A stretch of 64,000 nt of DNA from assembly GCA_012295275.1 (NCBI GenBank), contig CM022668.1, positions 930,001-994,000 on the forward strand. The letters are read 5' to 3'. The stretch is from Chrysomallon squamiferum. Lineage: Eukaryota; Animalia; Mollusca. The notes under the pieces were generated by a model. The model saw nothing but the letters and a program-made list of their open reading frames with translations, did not search any database and was not told where the DNA came from. This document shows, one piece after another, positions 61,001-64,000 of this stretch. The translations under genes were made by a program, and so were the position numbers. The first letter of the stretch is position 1. Each line of letters begins with the position of its first letter.

Positions 61001-63860
61001 AGTTTTTTAAGGCTAATTTTATTAAATCAGCCTGGGACTGCATAATGATTTTGAGAAATAAAGATTTTTGCGTTATAGATGTTTGAATTCTGGAAGATCA
61101 TTATTACTAGCTTATATAGAAGCTCATTCAGTTTCAGAGATCAAGGTGTACAAGAAACTGAAAAATGAATTTTCAAAAAGATGTATGTAATTACTGCATA
61201 GTTTAATCCAACACACTGATATTTCTGTATGATTATAATTTCATCCCTTTTCTTTTTCAAGATCATCTGAGGCTGAAGATTTGTTATCTGGCAGTGTTCT
61301 GACTAAAGTGAAGTCTCTTGATGAGATAGAGTTGGAGTTTGGTAGCATGGCTTGTCATGTTTTTGCTCTGCTGGGAAGACTCTACAGGTATATTATAACT
61401 GTTACATGTATTAATCCAATTAATTTCTTTATAATCTTCATAGTTTATTAGTTATAGGAAAAATTATTTCAAATCAGAGATTCTTGGTGATTCAGTGTAA
61501 AACTTAGGCAGTGGAGTAGTGTTGGGTGTATGATTAATTCACCATCCTCTGCGACTGATTGCTGCTTATTAATAAGAATAGCCCTTATTGTGGAAGTAGT
61601 TTCCTCATTCACTCATTTATTTAATTTAGCTTTTGTTTATTAACAGATGTTTGTCTTCTTATATTTAGTCGGTCAAAACCAAAAAAAACCCAGTACATTA
61701 TTACTAACACCATTTAATGCTTGTTTATTGTAGTAAAACAGAAAGGCCACAGAAAGCCACAGCTTGTTTCAAGAAAAGCCTTTATTTGAATCCTTTATTA
61801 TGGAAATCTTACGAAAGACTATGCCAGATGGGTGAGTTACATCCTAAATTTTAATAATGAAAAATTCTTGCAATGAATCTTTTGTTTTTGTTACATATTT
61901 TATAATATCTTTCAGGTGAGAAAATAGATCCTTGTGACGTGTTTCAAGTACCATCTCAGTTGTGCTCACAGCCATTACAAACCCAGCAGCAACCACAGCA
62001 TTCAACACAACCATCAGTACCTCAGTCTGTGTTAGATGTTTTATCTCCAATATCTGAGGCCTTGACTCCATCATCAAATGAAGTAAATGTAAGTATAATC
62101 AGTTTATATATAAGTATATATGTATAAAATGTATGTGTGCAAAGTGATAAAGTGTTAATTTTCCATAATATAAGAGAACTTGTAGATATATACACATGGA
62201 GTGTCAGCATCAAAACTAATTTTTTGATCCAAATTAGAGAAAAAATTAAAACTTCTGTTTCAAGAACCACCATTTGGACCTGCCAAAATACAACTAATAA
62301 ACTGTATGCTATTGTTTCTGTGATTACAACATTTATGATTTTATAGTTTGTACTTCAGAGGATGTGATTTGTGCAAAGGCTGTTTGTGAGAAGATAGTTG
62401 AGGCAGCAACCATTTCTCCATTACTGCCATAAAAATAATTAAAAGGAACATTTAATAATATTTATTACAGTTGGTCATATAGTTATTATCTAATGATAGA
62501 GTGATAAATGAAAATTTTATTTAATTTATATCCTTTCTGCAGATGCAGTTGCCAGTTCCACAAGTCATAAGTATGAACACAACTCCAGAAAATCAGGAGA
62601 CTCCTATGATAGAAAAGTGTCTAACCAGTGCTCCTAAAGTATGTCGTACAAAGCGTAATTTGTCCAAGCCATGTCATGCTCTGTTTCTTAGTCCAATGAC
62701 TCCTAGGTATGTGTGTATAACAATCTGATAAACTTTGCTTTAGTTTTTTTTAAATTTATTTCCATTTTTTTTAGTACTTGTTTTACAAAAAAATAAGATA
62801 TTTGTAAAGGTCAAACAGACACAGCTTTAAAAGTATATTAATTTTTATCTTTTAAACACAGTTTACTATTTATTTTATATTTTAAGTTTATATTTAGCCA
62901 GATAAATGGTCTGGTACTGTATTGTGATTTTTTTTTAACAACCAACTTTAAACTTAAATATTGATATTAATTACAATAAAATTTGTTAGCTAGATAGCTA
63001 TTACAAAGTTTATTGTTTATTAGTTTTGGAATTCTGCCCTGGAAACTCCAAGTCCGACAATGGAACTCAATATAATGCCTTTCATAACTCCCAGTCCACT
63101 GATGCACAGTGATAACCAGCTGAATGATGCCAAGGCACCCAAAAAACGGGTAAGTAATAAAAAACAGACAAGTTATAACTAATATACAAAAGTTACATAT
63201 ATTCTTTGATAAATGCAACATGCCTTAAGCAGCAACTTGCTTAATTATCACTGTATTAGATACAATGCTTGAATTAATACTTATCATTAATACTATTTGT
63301 TTCTTTAGTAAACTCTTTATTTATAATGGAGCTTAGTATGTCAAACCTAGTTTGTTTAATTCTGCTGGGATTTTGTTAAGTAATAATCTTATAGCTTAAG
63401 ATGAATGCAAATTTTATGTTGACAGCCTTCTACACGAAAAGGTCCAAATATGAACCCAATGAGTAAACCTCCAGTTTTTGGTATCAATACAAACACAAGA
63501 GATGGTCCAAAACCCCTTGTAGGGTAAGTTCTTTTTTTTACTGTCATAAGTTAAATAGATTTATGCGGTAACAACTTGGCAAAAACAAAGCACTTAGTAG
63601 TTTATCATATTCTTTGAGCAAAGCAATTTGTATTAGTTTAGAAATATGGTAAATATTATTATTAAAATTTTCTTAACAGAGACAAAAATATTTTAACTTT
63701 TTATTAAAAAATCTTGAGTAATCGATAATAAAATAAAATTAATATTCAGTTATTATTTTTTCATATGCTAAACATTCTTATTGTTTTTATTTGTAGAAAT
63801 ATTCCTAATGTCAGAAGAAGTTCTCGGTTATTTGGAAATTCAAACTCTAGTTCAGTGAAG
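57407..63860 (+). CDS. CDC27: Cell division cycle protein 27 homolog (APC3), first 10 coding exons, 3'-partial
   Basis: Exons 57407-57430 (MLLQEPVQ), 59679-59754 (AAIWDALNHYAYQDATFLAERLYAE), 59946-60093 (LFLLATCYYRSG), 61262-61387, 61734-61831 (LNPLLWKSYERLCQMG), 61916-62088, 62543-62706 (LSPMTP), 63024-63149 (SFGILP/LETPSP, 1-nt deletion), 63426-63523, 63797-63860 (VRRSSRLF). These match the CDC27 N-terminal TPR region and phospho-loop as I recall them. Confidence 0.95.
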
Positions 63861-64000
63861 GTTTGTTTAGTTACTTACTCTAGTGCTGGTTTTAAAATGT
63901 TTTGTGTTACTTTACCTGAGACCAGTTATATTTCGATTGTGTTCATTTTTTTGTTTGTTAAAAATTGTTTTTTTTAAATTCCTAGTCAACAATGTTGATA

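Overview
AT-rich, intron-rich animal genomic DNA. Gene content and repeat types suggest a lophotrochozoan, possibly a mollusc (inference only). About 53 kb is the 3' part of one giant + strand muscle gene of the obscurin/UNC-89 family, which I assembled exon by exon from splice sites and reading-frame phase. Domain order: SH3 - RhoGEF DH - PH - Ig - PEVK/KSP-like repeat - 4 Ig - 16 tandem FN3 - 2 Ig - kinase 1 (intact motifs) - Ig - FN3 - kinase 2 (pseudokinase motifs) - acidic tail ending in an AKAP-like helix, stop at 53362-53364. It is followed on the same strand by the first 10 coding exons of CDC27/APC3. Most notable: (1) the 16-exon, all-phase-1 FN3 array, atypical for this family; (2) a candidate PKA-anchoring helix on a separable last exon, plus PKA-consensus clusters; (3) a 62-bp minisatellite that amplifies a real 5' splice site about 20 times; (4) a U12-type intron and two GC-AG introns; (5) candidate micro/cassette exons; (6) two single-base frameshifts (kinase 2 and CDC27), most likely assembly indels; (7) intronic DNA-transposon relics (hAT, Tigger-like, Chapaev3-like). 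All homology calls come from motif recognition, not database searches.
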